From Haloarculaceae archaeon (GTDB lineage Archaea > Halobacteriota > Halobacteria > Halobacteriales > Haloarculaceae), in NCBI GenBank assembly GCA_036626435.1, contig JAZKRS010000004.1, positions 2,517 to 66,516 on the forward strand: 64,000 nt of DNA, in the 5' to 3' direction. Below the pieces are notes generated by a model. It did no database searches. It was not told where the DNA came from and worked only from the letters and a program-made list of their open reading frames with translations. This document shows, one piece after another, positions 34,830-44,697 of the stretch (within the stretch, counting starts at the first letter, position 1; each line of letters starts with the position of its first letter). The translations under genes and the position numbers were made by a program.

Positions 34830-36601
34830 AGTTGCTCCAGGTGGTCCTCGTTCAGTGCGAAGCGGGCGTTGTCGCCGCCACTCGGAACCATCGGGTAGAC
34901 GTTCTCCGAGGGGTCGATGATCGCGTCGATGACCGTCGGACCGTCGTACTCACGGGCCGTCTTGATCGTCTCCTCGACCTCGTCGTAGCTTTCCAGGCGC
35001 AGTCCCTGAGCGCCGTAGGCCTCCGCGAGCTTGTCGAACTCGGGAATCCACGGGTACTCCGAGGCCATCCGTCGCCCCTCGTAGAAGCCGTCCTGCCACT
35101 GGCGGACCATCCCGACCGCCTCGTTGTTCAGGACGACGAACGTGATGTTCAGGTTCTCCCGCACTGCGACGGACAGCTCCTGGCCCGTCATCAGGAAGGA
35201 GCCGTCGCCGTCGAAGGCGACGACTTCCTTCTCGGGCGCAGCCAGCTTCGCGCCGATGGCCGCGGGCACGGCATAGCCCATCGTCCCCAGGCCGTGGGAG
35301 GTTACCCACGTCCGGGGCTCTGTCCAGGTCCAGTACTGCCAGGCCCACATCTGGTGTTGCCCGACGCCCGCGGCGACGATGGTGTCCTCGGGCGTCACCT
35401 CGTCGTACTTCTCGACGACGTACTGGGGCTTGAGCGGTTCGTCCTCGGGCGTCTCGTAATCGAGCGGGTACTCCTCTTTCCAGCGGTCGCACGTCTCGTT
35501 CCACGCCTCGCAGTCCGGCGCCGACGGCACCGCGTCGTCGAGTTGCCGGAGCACCTGCCTTGCGTCGCCGACCAGCGGGTAGTCCGCGTGGACGTTCTTG
35601 CTGATCTCGGCGGGGTCGATGTCGACGTGTGCGATCTCGGCATCCGGCGCGAACGTCTCGATGTCGCCGGTCAGGCGGTCGTCGAACCGGGTCCCCACTG
35701 CCAGGAGCAGGTCGGTGTTCGAGACGGCGAGGTTCGCGTAGCCGGTGCCGTGCATCCCCGCGATGCCCATCGACAGCGGGTCGTCCTCGGGGAACGAGCC
35801 CGTGCCGGGCATCGTCGTGATGACCGGAATCTCGTACTCGCGGGCGAACCCCCGGAGTTCGTCGCAGGCTTCGCCCTTGATGACGCCACCGCCCGAGAGG
35901 ATGAGGGGTCGCTCGGCCCCGGCCAGCGCCTCCGCGGCTGCCTGGACGATCACGTCGTCGGCCTCTTCGGGCGGGTCGTAGGTGTCCGGCGTCCGTGGCT
36001 TGCCGGGTTCACGGTCCGTCTCGTCTTTCGTGACGTCCTTGGGCAGGTCGACCAGCGTCGGCCCCTGCCGACCCTCGTTTGCCAGCGCCCAGGCCGTGCC
36101 GACGTCGTCCCCGACGCCGTCAGCGTCGTCGGCGAAGATGTTGTGCTTGGTGACCGGCTGAGTGACGCCGATGGTGTCGGTCTCCTGGAAGGCGTCGTTG
36201 CCGACGAAATCCGTCGGCACCTGTCCCGTGAGCGCGATCAGCGGGTCCGAGTCCATGCTGGCGTCGGCGATACCGGTCACGAGGTTCGTCGCGCCGGGCC
36301 CCGAGGTGGCCATGCAGACCCCCGGATCGCCGGTGACGATGCCGTAGGCGTCGGCGGCGTGGGCCGCGCCCTGTTCGTGGGCCATCGTGACGTGGGTGAT
36401 GTTCTCGTGTTCGTACAGGGCGTCGTAGACGGGCATGATCGCACCGCCGGTGACGCCGAAGATGTACTCGACACCCGCAGCGTCGAGTCCGGCGACGACC
36501 GACTCCGCACCCGTCTCGACGGCTGTCTCTGGTTCGTCCTCGGCCGTCCCGGCCTCGGCGTCCTCTGCCTCCTCCCGTGGGACGGACGCACGTTCGCTCA
36601 T
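34826..36601 (-). CDS. ilvB: acetolactate synthase large subunit (ThDP-dependent)
   Basis: 591 aa. ...GGAIMPVYDAL... and ...GLGTMGYAVPAAIGAK...GDGSFLM... ThDP motif. Confidence 0.95.
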   Translation of the reverse strand: MSERASVPREEAEDAEAGTAEDEPETAVETGAESVVAGLDAAGVEYIFGVTGGAIMPVYDALYEHENITHVTMAHEQGAAHAADAYGIVTGDPGVCMATSGPGATNLVTGIADASMDSDPLIALTGQVPTDFVGNDAFQETDTIGVTQPVTKHNIFADDADGVGDDVGTAWALANEGRQGPTLVDLPKDVTKDETDREPGKPRTPDTYDPPEEADDVIVQAAAEALAGAERPLILSGGGVIKGEACDELRGFAREYEIPVITTMPGTGSFPEDDPLSMGIAGMHGTGYANLAVSNTDLLLAVGTRFDDRLTGDIETFAPDAEIAHVDIDPAEISKNVHADYPLVGDARQVLRQLDDAVPSAPDCEAWNETCDRWKEEYPLDYETPEDEPLKPQYVVEKYDEVTPEDTIVAAGVGQHQMWAWQYWTWTEPRTWVTSHGLGTMGYAVPAAIGAKLAAPEKEVVAFDGDGSFLMTGQELSVAVRENLNITFVVLNNEAVGMVRQWQDGFYEGRRMASEYPWIPEFDKLAEAYGAQGLRLESYDEVEETIKTAREYDGPTVIDAIIDPSENVYPMVPSGGDNARFALNEDHLEQL

Positions 36602-36895
36602 GTTCGTCCCGTCGTATCGTTGTGTGTCATTGTTGTCTGTCTACCTGTGAAGCGAGCGATACCGCCCGAAAACGCGTGACTGGGTGAGTGAGGGGCTATA
36701 CAGCCCCTACAATACTGCCGAGGAGAAGCGCGCCGCTCGTGGCCCCGCGACCGGCCGAACCACGGGCGGATTGTCGCATCACTACGACTGTCTGTCCGCG
36801 CCCCGTAATAAGCCTTCCGTGACGCGTGCGCTCGCACGTGGGCCGGCGCTCTCCGCTGTGTGTCGCTGCGGACACCCTGCCGGGGGGCCATGGGC

Positions 36896-38117
36896 CTACG
36901 CACGTACCTCCTCGCGCTCGGCGACGCCCACCTCGCGGGCGAACTTCTCCAGTTCCGACATCGTGACCCGCTGGGACTGTGCGCCGAAGTCCTTGACGCG
37001 GCGGGTCACCTCCCGAACCTCGTCGTCGGTCGGGTCGTACCCGGCCTCGACGAGGCGCTCCCGGACGGAGTGGGTGCCGGTGTGCTTGCCGAGAACGAGT
37101 TCGCGCTCGGCGCCGACCATCTCCGGGGTCATGACGCCGGGCTCGAAGGTGTCGGAGTTCTCGATGACGCCGGCGGCGTGGATGCCGCTCTCGTGGGAGA
37201 AGGCGTTGTCCCCCACGACCGGCTTGTTGCCCGGGACCGGGACGTCCGACTTCTCCTCGATCATGTCCGACAGTTCGGTGATCATCGTCGTGTCGATGCC
37301 GGTGTCGAGGTTGTACAGCGACTCCAGCGCCATCACGACCTCCTCGTAGGCGGCGTTGCCTGCGCGCTCGCCGATGCCGTTGACCGACACCTGCGCCTGG
37401 CTGGCGCCACCCTCGTAGCCCGCCAGGACGTTGGCCCCGGCCAGCCCGAAGTCGTCGTGCGTGTGGACGTCGATCCGCGCACCGTCGGCGGCGTCGACCA
37501 CCTTCGCGGTGAGCTTGCCAAAGCGGGTCGGCGTTGCCACCCCGCAGGTGTCGGGGATGTTGATCCAGTCCACGTCTGCCCCGGCGGTCTCCGAAACCAC
37601 TTCGAGCAGGAACTGTTCCTCGGTCCGCGTGGCGTCCATCGGCGAAAACATGCACTCCACGCCGGCCTCTTTCACGCGTTCGACGGACTCGACTGCACGC
37701 TCTTTGGCCTCCTCGCGGGTTGCGTGCATCGAGTCCTCGAGCTGGACGTCGCTGGTAGAGACGAACACGTGTACCATGTCGACGCCAGCGTCGAGCGCGG
37801 CTTCGATGTCTTTCTCGACCACGCGGGCGAGCCCACAGACTGTCGTCGACGAGGCAGCCGCGATGTCGCGGGTCGCCTCGAACTCCGCCTCGGAGTTGAC
37901 GGGGAATCCGGCCTCGATGACGTGGGTCCCCATCTCGTCGAGATGCGCCGCTATCTCGCGTTTGTCCTCGTACGAGAATGACGTTCGCGGCGTCTGCTCC
38001 CCGTCTCGGAGCGTGGTGTCGAAAATTCGTGCGTCCTCGATCTCGGAGGTACTACTCAGTGTACCCTGGAAGAACTCGATCCGCCGGGGTATCCGACGAA
38101 TCCTCCGTGTTGGACAT
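36896..38117 (-). CDS. 2-isopropylmalate / (R)-citramalate synthase, with an unresolved (frame-broken) 5' end
   Basis: Conserved core ...ARIFDTTLRDGEQTPRTSFSYEDKREIAAHLDEMGTHVIEAGFP... The core frame has no ATG/GTG/TTG upstream of the motif. The promoter-proximal ATGs (38123/38117) are in another frame. Confidence 0.8.
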
Positions 38118-38145
38118 AAGCATCTGATACAAGGACGTCGCCCGC

Positions 38146-38152
38146 ATATAAA
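38146..38152 (-). promoter_or_regulatory. TATA box (TTTATAT) of the cimA/leuA-ilv operon
   Basis: The minus strand reads gaTTTATATgcg, 22 nt upstream of ATG 38123. Confidence 0.5.
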
Positions 38153-38261
38153 TCTATCCGTAGGGTGATACGGGTGAGAGCGTGTGTCACGGCTCGTCGA
38201 GCAGGCGAACGCCAGCCGCCAGCGCCGGGGGATTTTTGCCTCCGCTCCCCGAGGGGAGCGT

Positions 38262-38564
38262 ATGAGCGATTTCGACGGCCTCGACCTGCAGTCCGTCGAG
38301 GACGCACTCGACGAGGGCGAGGAGGGGAACTGGTCCGGCCGGGTGGTCCTGGGTATCCTCGACGGGACGACCCCGCCCGAGGACTGGATATCGACCGTCG
38401 AGTCGGGGGCCGTCCTCGTGTTGAACGTCGAGGGAGACCTGAACGAACTCGCGGCCGGCTTCGCCCGCGATATCAAGGAGGGCGGCGGCGAGCTGATGCA
38501 CTTCCGGGGGTTTCTCGTCGTGACGCCGCCGGACGTCGGCATCGACGCGGACCGCCTGGACTAA
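38262..38564 (+). CDS. acidic conserved hypothetical protein
   Basis: ATG 38262 (MSDFDGLDLQSVEDALDEGEEGNWSGRVVLGILDG...), 100 aa. Confidence 0.6.
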   Translation: MSDFDGLDLQSVEDALDEGEEGNWSGRVVLGILDGTTPPEDWISTVESGAVLVLNVEGDLNELAAGFARDIKEGGGELMHFRGFLVVTPPDVGIDADRLD

Positions 38565-39298
38565 GGGAGGAACGTCAGGTAGTGTCCGTCCGGATCCCGG
38601 ACGCGAACGCCGTCCTCGAGTGGCTCGATGGCTAGTGCCCCGTCTCTGACTGATTCGGCCACTGCAGTCGGATCGTCCGTCCCGACCCCGAGATCGACGT
38701 GGACGCCGCCGCGGGCGTCCGCGAGCCCGAGGTGTGGCTCCCAGAGTTCGACGTCGAAGGCCCCACAGGTGAGGCGGACGCGCTGTCGGTCCGCGCCGCG
38801 GTCGACGACTTCGAAGCCCACGGCCGTGTAGAAATCCACTGCCCGTGACAGATCTTCGACCTCGAAGACGACCTCGAACAGGTCACAGACACCGGTGGCG
38901 TCCGGTCGCGACCGTTCCCCGAGTTCGACGCAGTTCCCCTCGGTGTCGTAGAAGTAAAGCGAGCGCGCGTCGCCGAACTGGTGTTCCACGAGGTCGAACC
39001 GCTCCTCGAGGCGGGCGAACCAGTCGTCGTACTCGGCGGACGGGACCGTCATCGCGTAGTGGGTGTGGAGCCCGCCCCGCGGGACGGTACTCGGCGACCG
39101 CAGGATCAGGTCGGTCTCGCCCACCCCGAGCGCCGCCCGTGTGTCGCTCTCGCGGCGGACATCCAGGTCGAGAAACGCCTCGTAGAACGAGCGGGCGCGG
39201 TCGAGGTACTTCACTTCGAGTGCAAGCCATCGTGGCCCGGAGAGCATGCCTGGCCCTACGAACGCATCCGGCAAAGAGTCACCGGGACTGTCCTGCAC
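38561..39298 (-). CDS. VOC (glyoxalase/bleomycin-resistance/dioxygenase) family protein, two modules
   Basis: 245-aa ORF (alternative start 39247). Repeated beta-alpha-beta-beta-beta type modules (...LALEVKYLDRARSFYEAFL..., ...EVVFEVEDLSRAVDFYTAVGF...). Confidence 0.75.
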   Translation of the reverse strand: MQDSPGDSLPDAFVGPGMLSGPRWLALEVKYLDRARSFYEAFLDLDVRRESDTRAALGVGETDLILRSPSTVPRGGLHTHYAMTVPSAEYDDWFARLEERFDLVEHQFGDARSLYFYDTEGNCVELGERSRPDATGVCDLFEVVFEVEDLSRAVDFYTAVGFEVVDRGADRQRVRLTCGAFDVELWEPHLGLADARGGVHVDLGVGTDDPTAVAESVRDGALAIEPLEDGVRVRDPDGHYLTFLP

Positions 39299-39360
39299 TC
39301 GCCGAGAGTACCGACCGAGTTGGGTAGTCGTTTTTTCACCGCTGACGGCGTAGGGAAGGT

Positions 39361-40056
39361 ATGGGACTCAAAGGTTCGGGGCCGGCGACCGACCCGCAGG
39401 TGATCGACCAGTTCGAGACCGAGGGCGGGACCGCGGGCTTCGGGTGGCTCCCGTACCCCGAGGAGACGATGCAGCGTGCGAGTCACGCGCTGGCGGTCGA
39501 CGGCGAGGTTTGGGTCGTCGACCCGATCGACGCCGAGGGGATCGACGACCGACTGGCCGACCTCGGCGAGGTCGCCGGCGTCGTGGTCCTGCTCGACCGG
39601 CACAAGCGCGACGCTGGGGTCCTCGCCAGGCGACACGACGTCTCTGTCTATGTCCCCGGCGCGATGGACGGCGTCGCCGAGGCCATCGACGCGCCGATCG
39701 AACGCTTCTACCGCTCTCTGGGGGACACTGACTACACCGCCCACACCGTCGTCGACAACTTCGCCTGGACCGAGATCGCACTCTACGACGAGGAGAGCAA
39801 CACCTTGGTCGTCCCGGAGGCGGTCGGGACGACGGACTACTTCCTCGCCGGCGGCGAGGAACTCGGCGTCCACCCGGCCCTCCGCCTGAAGCCCCCGACG
39901 TCGCTCGGGCGCTTCGATCCGGAGCGGATTCTCGTCGGCCACGGCGCCGGAATCCACGAGGATGCGACCGCGATACTCGAAGACGCCCTCTCCGGCGCCC
40001 GCGGCCGGACGCCGGAACTCTACCTGAAAAACATCAAGACGTTCCTGCCGGGATGA
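39361..40056 (+). CDS. MBL-fold-like conserved protein (degenerate metal motif)
   Basis: 231 aa. ...VWVVDPID...VVVLLDRHKRD... sits where the HxHxDH motif of MBL hydrolases would be. Confidence 0.55.
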   Translation: MGLKGSGPATDPQVIDQFETEGGTAGFGWLPYPEETMQRASHALAVDGEVWVVDPIDAEGIDDRLADLGEVAGVVVLLDRHKRDAGVLARRHDVSVYVPGAMDGVAEAIDAPIERFYRSLGDTDYTAHTVVDNFAWTEIALYDEESNTLVVPEAVGTTDYFLAGGEELGVHPALRLKPPTSLGRFDPERILVGHGAGIHEDATAILEDALSGARGRTPELYLKNIKTFLPG

Positions 40057-40472
40057 CTGTGCTCTACGTGACGCGTGGTCTCGTCACGACGCTTTTGCGC
40101 CTCGCCGGCGAGCGCGAGCCCGACGGGACCACGATCCCTCTGGCGGTGACCCGTGCCGGTGACCTCCCCGACGTGGATCTCGACCCAGAGACACCCGTGT
40201 TCACGCACTTCTACATGCCGGGCTCCGGCGGGTCGGTCAGCGCCGTCTTCGGCGTCGACCTCGGGACCCCGGCCGGGCAGACCCAGGGCCGGTTCGTCTC
40301 TCATCCCCGGGGCGACCTCCGGCTGTCGCAGCGCGACGACCTCCACGAGGTGGTGTTCGTCGCCGTCCCGCCCTGGACGGAGGAGTCACTCGCGGTCTTC
40401 GACCGGAGCGGCCGCGAGCAGGAGTTTACCGTCCTCGACGTCGAGCCCCCCGAAGAACGGCCGGCGTTATAA
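40053..40472 (+). CDS. conserved hypothetical protein with a degenerate JAMM/MPN-like motif
   Basis: 139 aa. FVSHPRGDLRLSQRD resembles the JAMM H-x-H-P-x6-S-x2-D motif but has Val at the first His position. The start overlaps the upstream stop (ATGA). Confidence 0.5.
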   Translation: MTVLYVTRGLVTTLLRLAGEREPDGTTIPLAVTRAGDLPDVDLDPETPVFTHFYMPGSGGSVSAVFGVDLGTPAGQTQGRFVSHPRGDLRLSQRDDLHEVVFVAVPPWTEESLAVFDRSGREQEFTVLDVEPPEERPAL

Positions 40473-40498
40473 CGGTCCGCGCGCCAGACCGGACACAC

Positions 40499-40708
40499 CT
40501 ACTCCAGGTATCCCAGATCCCGGAGTTGATCCGCGATCTCCGTGAACTCCGCCTCCGTCAGCTCCCCGTGTTGCTGGTGCTGGATGACGATGCTCCGGAG
40601 CAGAAACCGCACGAGGTCGCTCGTACTGGAGAAGCTCGTCCCCTCGATTGTCTCCTCGACCCTGTCGGCGAGATCCTTCGGTATCGACACCGTCGTGTAG
40701 TCGGTCAC
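40499..40708 (-). CDS. ribbon-helix-helix (CopG-like) protein
   Basis: GTG 40708 (VTDYTTVSIPKDLADRVEETIEGTSFSSTSDLVRFLLRSIV...), 69 aa. The longer track ORF N-terminus is Pro/Arg-rich and doubtful. Confidence 0.6.
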   Translation of the reverse strand: MTDYTTVSIPKDLADRVEETIEGTSFSSTSDLVRFLLRSIVIQHQQHGELTEAEFTEIADQLRDLGYLE

Positions 40709-41049
40709 GCAAACGAGAACGTCGCCGCCTGGCAAAGGCGTTGTGTCACCGCTCGTCTGTGGTCCACTTTCCGGAGAACATCTCCGGACAGGGGTTGGTG
40801 TTGTGCGGCGAGAAGGTATAGGGTGCATTTCGTGACGCAAACGGGTGTGTCGTGGTGCGCGTGGAATCTGTCTCGGTCGGTCGGGGTCGGGGTTGTGTGC
40901 TCATGTATTGTGTGGCGTGTGGGGGCAGTTCGCGGACGACGCTGTCGGGCCGAAAAATCAGCGTACGTGGCCTACAGCGCGTGCCGCGTGGATCATACCA
41001 CTACCTCTAACCCCATCCCTAATAAATGTTCATGATCGTTCCCGCGCGG

Positions 41050-42228
41050 TCAACCGACGACGAGTTCTTGTGGGTAGTCGGTGAAGTTCTCGTAGCCGTC
41101 CTCGGTGACGACGACGATGTCCTCGATGCGGACCCCGCCGATCTCGGGGTCGTAGAGGCCGGGCTCGATTGTGACGACGTGGCTGGGCTCCAGTTCGCCG
41201 CCGCCGGGGCCGACCCGCGGGAGTTCGTGGACAGCGAGGCCGACGCCGTGGCCCGTGCTGTGGATGAAGCCCGTCTCGGCGCTCCCGTCGCTCCGGAGCG
41301 TCGGCAACCCGGCGTCCTCGTAGACGTCACAGACGGCGTCGTGGACCGCTTCGCCCGTCACGCCCGGTTCGACCGCGTCGAGCGCGGCCGCTTTCGCCTC
41401 CGCGGTCAGGTCGTACCACTCCCGGATCGTCTCGTCGGCCTCGCCACGCAGAAAGGTTCGGGTCATGTCGGCGTGGTACTTCGTGGCCTTCGACTGCGGG
41501 AAGATGTCGACGATGATCGGCTCGTCTGCCAGGAGCGGGCCGCTCCCCCGGTCGTGGGGGTCCGCGGCGTCGCGCCCGCAGGCGACGATGGTCTCGTCGA
41601 GCGCACAGCCGTGTCCCAGGAGTTCCATCTCGATTTCTCCCCTGACCTGCTCGCTCGTGAGCGGTTCGCCCTCGTGGAGGAGGCGGCCCCCGTCGTCGAC
41701 CGACGCCCCGGTGATGAGCTGTTCGGCCCGTGCCATCGCCGCCTCGTTCGCACGCTGTGCGGTGCGGACGTGGTCAATTTCCTCGTCCGTCTTCGTCGCA
41801 CGGACACCCGTCACGACGCTTTCGTCGTCCGCCTCGACGGTCACGCCCTGCTCGCGGAGGCCGTCGGCCGCCCGGAGCGGGAACCGCGGCGGGGTGACCA
41901 CCGAGTCGACGCTGTGTGAGTCTAAAAAGTGCGCGAGCGCGCGGTCGGTCGCCTCGTGGCGGCCGTGTTCCTCCGTGAGCTGCTGGTGGCCGAAGTCGGT
42001 CATGCGCTCGACCGTGGCCGCGCGGCTCTCCGATCTGGCGCGGCCGTATTCGAGGCTCCGGGCAAAGAGCAGTCGAACGTCGCCGTCGTACAGCGTCACG
42101 AACGGGTCGGGGGCGTCGAACCCGGAGAGGTAGTACTGGTCGGCGTCCTCCGAGTCGGCGTAGACGAGGTAGCCGTCGGCGCCCCGGTCTGTGAGGTGTG
42201 CATCGAGCGGGGAGAGGTCGGGATCCAT
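41050..42228 (-). CDS. M24 family Xaa-Pro aminopeptidase
   Basis: ATG 42228 ([23 protein letters not shown]...). [13 protein letters not shown] and EPGLY metal-ligand motifs. Confidence 0.9.
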   Translation of the reverse strand: MDPDLSPLDAHLTDRGADGYLVYADSEDADQYYLSGFDAPDPFVTLYDGDVRLLFARSLEYGRARSESRAATVERMTDFGHQQLTEEHGRHEATDRALAHFLDSHSVDSVVTPPRFPLRAADGLREQGVTVEADDESVVTGVRATKTDEEIDHVRTAQRANEAAMARAEQLITGASVDDGGRLLHEGEPLTSEQVRGEIEMELLGHGCALDETIVACGRDAADPHDRGSGPLLADEPIIVDIFPQSKATKYHADMTRTFLRGEADETIREWYDLTAEAKAAALDAVEPGVTGEAVHDAVCDVYEDAGLPTLRSDGSAETGFIHSTGHGVGLAVHELPRVGPGGGELEPSHVVTIEPGLYDPEIGGVRIEDIVVVTEDGYENFTDYPQELVVG

Positions 42229-42316
42229 GCCGGGTGGTGGGGCCGGCGCGAAAAAAAGCCGCCGTTCGCCGCGCGCAACCACTACTGTGATACGCCCCGG
42301 CGCCGACCGGGCGGGT

Positions 42317-43609
42317 ATGGACGCGTACATCTCGCAGTCCTCGGTCGGGGGGACGGTTCAGGCACCCCCCTCGAAGAGCTACACGCACCGCGCCATCCTC
42401 GCCGCGGGGTACGCCGACGGGGCGAGGGTCCACGACCCGCTCGTGAGCGCCGACACGCGGGCGACGATGCGCGCGGTCGAAGCCTTCGGCGGGTCGGTCG
42501 AGTACCACGAGGACGAGGCCGTTCTCGACGTCGATGGGTTCGACGGCGACCCACAGACGCCCGACGCCATCGTCGACTGTGCCAACAGCGGCACGACGAT
42601 GCGGCTGACGACGGCGACAGCTGGCCTCGCCCCCGGACTGACGGTTCTGACGGGTGACGACTCGTTGCGCTCGCGCCCGCAGGGCCCCCTGCTCCGTGCC
42701 ATCGAGCAGCTGGGCGGGCGAGCCGAGAGCACCCGCGAGAACGGCCAGGCGCCCCTCGTCATCGGCGGCCCGATGACGGGCGGGACCGCCGCCATCCCCG
42801 GCGACGTCTCCTCGCAGTTCGTCACCGCGCTGCTGATGGCTGGCCCGCACACCGACGCCGGCGTCGACATCGCCCTGCAGTCCGAACTCAAGTCGGCGCC
42901 GTACGTCGACATCACGCTCGAAGTACTCGACGAGTTCGGCGTCACGGCGCGCAAGACGAAGCGCGGGTTCTCCGTCGGCGGCTTCCAGCGCTACGACCCA
43001 CCAGGCGGCGAGTACCACGTACCCGGCGACTTCTCCTCGATGTCGTACCTCCTCGCCTCGGGGGCGCTCGCGGGCGACGACGCGGTGACAGTCACCGGCG
43101 CGCGCCCGAGCGCCCAGGGCGATCAGGCCATTGTGGACGTCCTGACCGAGATGGGCGCCGACGTCGAGTGGGACCGAGAGGGCGGAGAGATCGCCGTCCG
43201 GCGGGGCGACCTGCAGGGTATCGAGGTCAGCGTCGCTGACACGCCGGACCTCCTGCCGACGATTGCGGTCCTGGGTGCAGCAGCCGACGGGACGACGCAC
43301 ATCATCGATGCCGAGCACGTCCGGTACAAGGAGACCGACCGCGTGAGTGCGATGGCCGAGGCCCTCGACCGGCTGGGCGCGAGCGTCGAGGAGGCCGAGG
43401 ACGCGCTGACCGTCCACGGGAGCGACTCCGACCTGGAGGGGGCGACCGTCGACGGGCGGGCCGACCACCGGATCATCATGGCGCTGTGCGTGGCCGGCCT
43501 CGTAGCGGAGGGGACGACCACCGTCACGGGTGCCGAACACGTCGACGTCTCCTTTCCCGGCTTCTTCGACGCCCTGTCCGGGCTGGGCGCCGCTGTCGAC
43601 GAGCGCTGA
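42317..43609 (+). CDS. aroA: 3-phosphoshikimate 1-carboxyvinyltransferase (EPSP synthase)
   Basis: ATG 42317 ([28 protein letters not shown]...). ...[10 protein letters not shown]... motif. Confidence 0.9.
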   Translation: MDAYISQSSVGGTVQAPPSKSYTHRAILAAGYADGARVHDPLVSADTRATMRAVEAFGGSVEYHEDEAVLDVDGFDGDPQTPDAIVDCANSGTTMRLTTATAGLAPGLTVLTGDDSLRSRPQGPLLRAIEQLGGRAESTRENGQAPLVIGGPMTGGTAAIPGDVSSQFVTALLMAGPHTDAGVDIALQSELKSAPYVDITLEVLDEFGVTARKTKRGFSVGGFQRYDPPGGEYHVPGDFSSMSYLLASGALAGDDAVTVTGARPSAQGDQAIVDVLTEMGADVEWDREGGEIAVRRGDLQGIEVSVADTPDLLPTIAVLGAAADGTTHIIDAEHVRYKETDRVSAMAEALDRLGASVEEAEDALTVHGSDSDLEGATVDGRADHRIIMALCVAGLVAEGTTTVTGAEHVDVSFPGFFDALSGLGAAVDER

Positions 43610-43851
43610 TCGACGTACCATTCAGCCAAGCTCTTACCGAAAATAGTGAAACAGTGGCATCTGTTTCAGAGTTGGCAGACGCAACCGCGCAATATAGAGA
43701 GCGTGTAGTCAGCAAATCGATCTGTCGGATTACTCTTCTTTCACGATTAGTTCGCTGGAGAGATTGTCGGTAACTCCATCTGACCGGAAGTCAGTACCGT
43801 GTCGGACAAAGACAAATTGTATCCGTGTGGGTAGCTAACTATTAGCATGCT

Positions 43852-44514
43852 ATGTCACTCGATAATCGGATCGTTATTGCGGGCGGCGGTCGGGTCGGGT
43901 TCCAAGTTGCGAATCTCGTGGAGGAATACGGGCACACGCCGTTCATTATCGAACCGAACACGGAGCGCGTCGAGGAAATAAGCGAGAGTCACACCTCGAT
44001 GATTATCGAGGGCGACGCTACCAACCCCGAGATACTCACCCAGGCCAATATCGAGGGGAGCGACGCCGTTGCTGCGATGACCGGCGACGGGGGAACGAAC
44101 ATCGCCGTCTGTGCCCAGGCCCGAGAAATAGCTCCGGGGACCCAAACTATCGCACGCGCGGACACGGCGACAGCGGCCGACCGAGAGACCAGAGAAGAGT
44201 TCATCGATGCTGTGATTTATCCAGAGCACGCTGGTTCCCGGTTGGTTCTGACGCACCTCCTCGGCGAGGATTTCCAGCAGTTTACTGCGATGCCAGAGGG
44301 GATCGAGGTCGTCGTCTTTGAAGCAGCGGAGAACGCGCCTGTCAGTGGGAAACGCGTCACCGACATTGGCCTTCCGGTCGGGAGTAGACTCATCGCTGAC
44401 GTATCCCGCTCGGTGATCGTCACTAATGATACACGAATCGAACAAGGTAATCAATACATGCTCGCGCTTGATCGCGGTGTCGCCGACGAAGTCCGGCGAC
44501 TCTTCAAGCAATAA
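43852..44514 (+). CDS. TrkA-like potassium-transport regulatory protein (RCK N + C domains)
   Basis: 220 aa. Rossmann IVIAGGGRVG. GC is lower than in neighbouring genes. Confidence 0.8.
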   Translation: MSLDNRIVIAGGGRVGFQVANLVEEYGHTPFIIEPNTERVEEISESHTSMIIEGDATNPEILTQANIEGSDAVAAMTGDGGTNIAVCAQAREIAPGTQTIARADTATAADRETREEFIDAVIYPEHAGSRLVLTHLLGEDFQQFTAMPEGIEVVVFEAAENAPVSGKRVTDIGLPVGSRLIADVSRSVIVTNDTRIEQGNQYMLALDRGVADEVRRLFKQ

Positions 44515-44533
44515 CACGCCCTGTTGCAGTGCC

Positions 44534-44619
44534 TGATAGTGACTGCTGTAAGCCATTACCGATCCGACCGCCGGACAGCAGGCGGTCGCTCCGGTAAACT
44601 GTTACAGCAATCACTATGA
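44534..44619. mobile_element. MITE family C, copy C1 (80-nt core 44537-44616 flanked by TGA/TGA)
   Basis: tagtgactgctgtaagcc...ggtaaactgttacagcaatcacta. 16-nt terminal inverted repeats and an internal palindrome gaccgcc/ggcggtc. 2 mismatches over 80 nt to the reverse complement of C2. Confidence 0.8.
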
Positions 44620-44697
44620 AACCACTCTCCGTCTGGATTCGAATTGATCGTTCACGCCGATGCCGAATGAATCAGCCACTGAACAACGGTGGACCGA

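Noticed and set aside
36598-36633. 10-codon upstream ORF (MTHNDTTGRT) whose stop overlaps the ilvB ATG, considered as a possible leader peptide
   Set aside because: It is only the tail of a long GC-artefact frame (36598-36903). It has no run of Ile/Leu/Val codons and no attenuator-like alternative hairpins.
41774-43621. 615-aa minus-strand ORF antisense to aroA
   Set aside because: Arg/Gly/Pro-rich with no motifs. aroA on the other strand is well supported.
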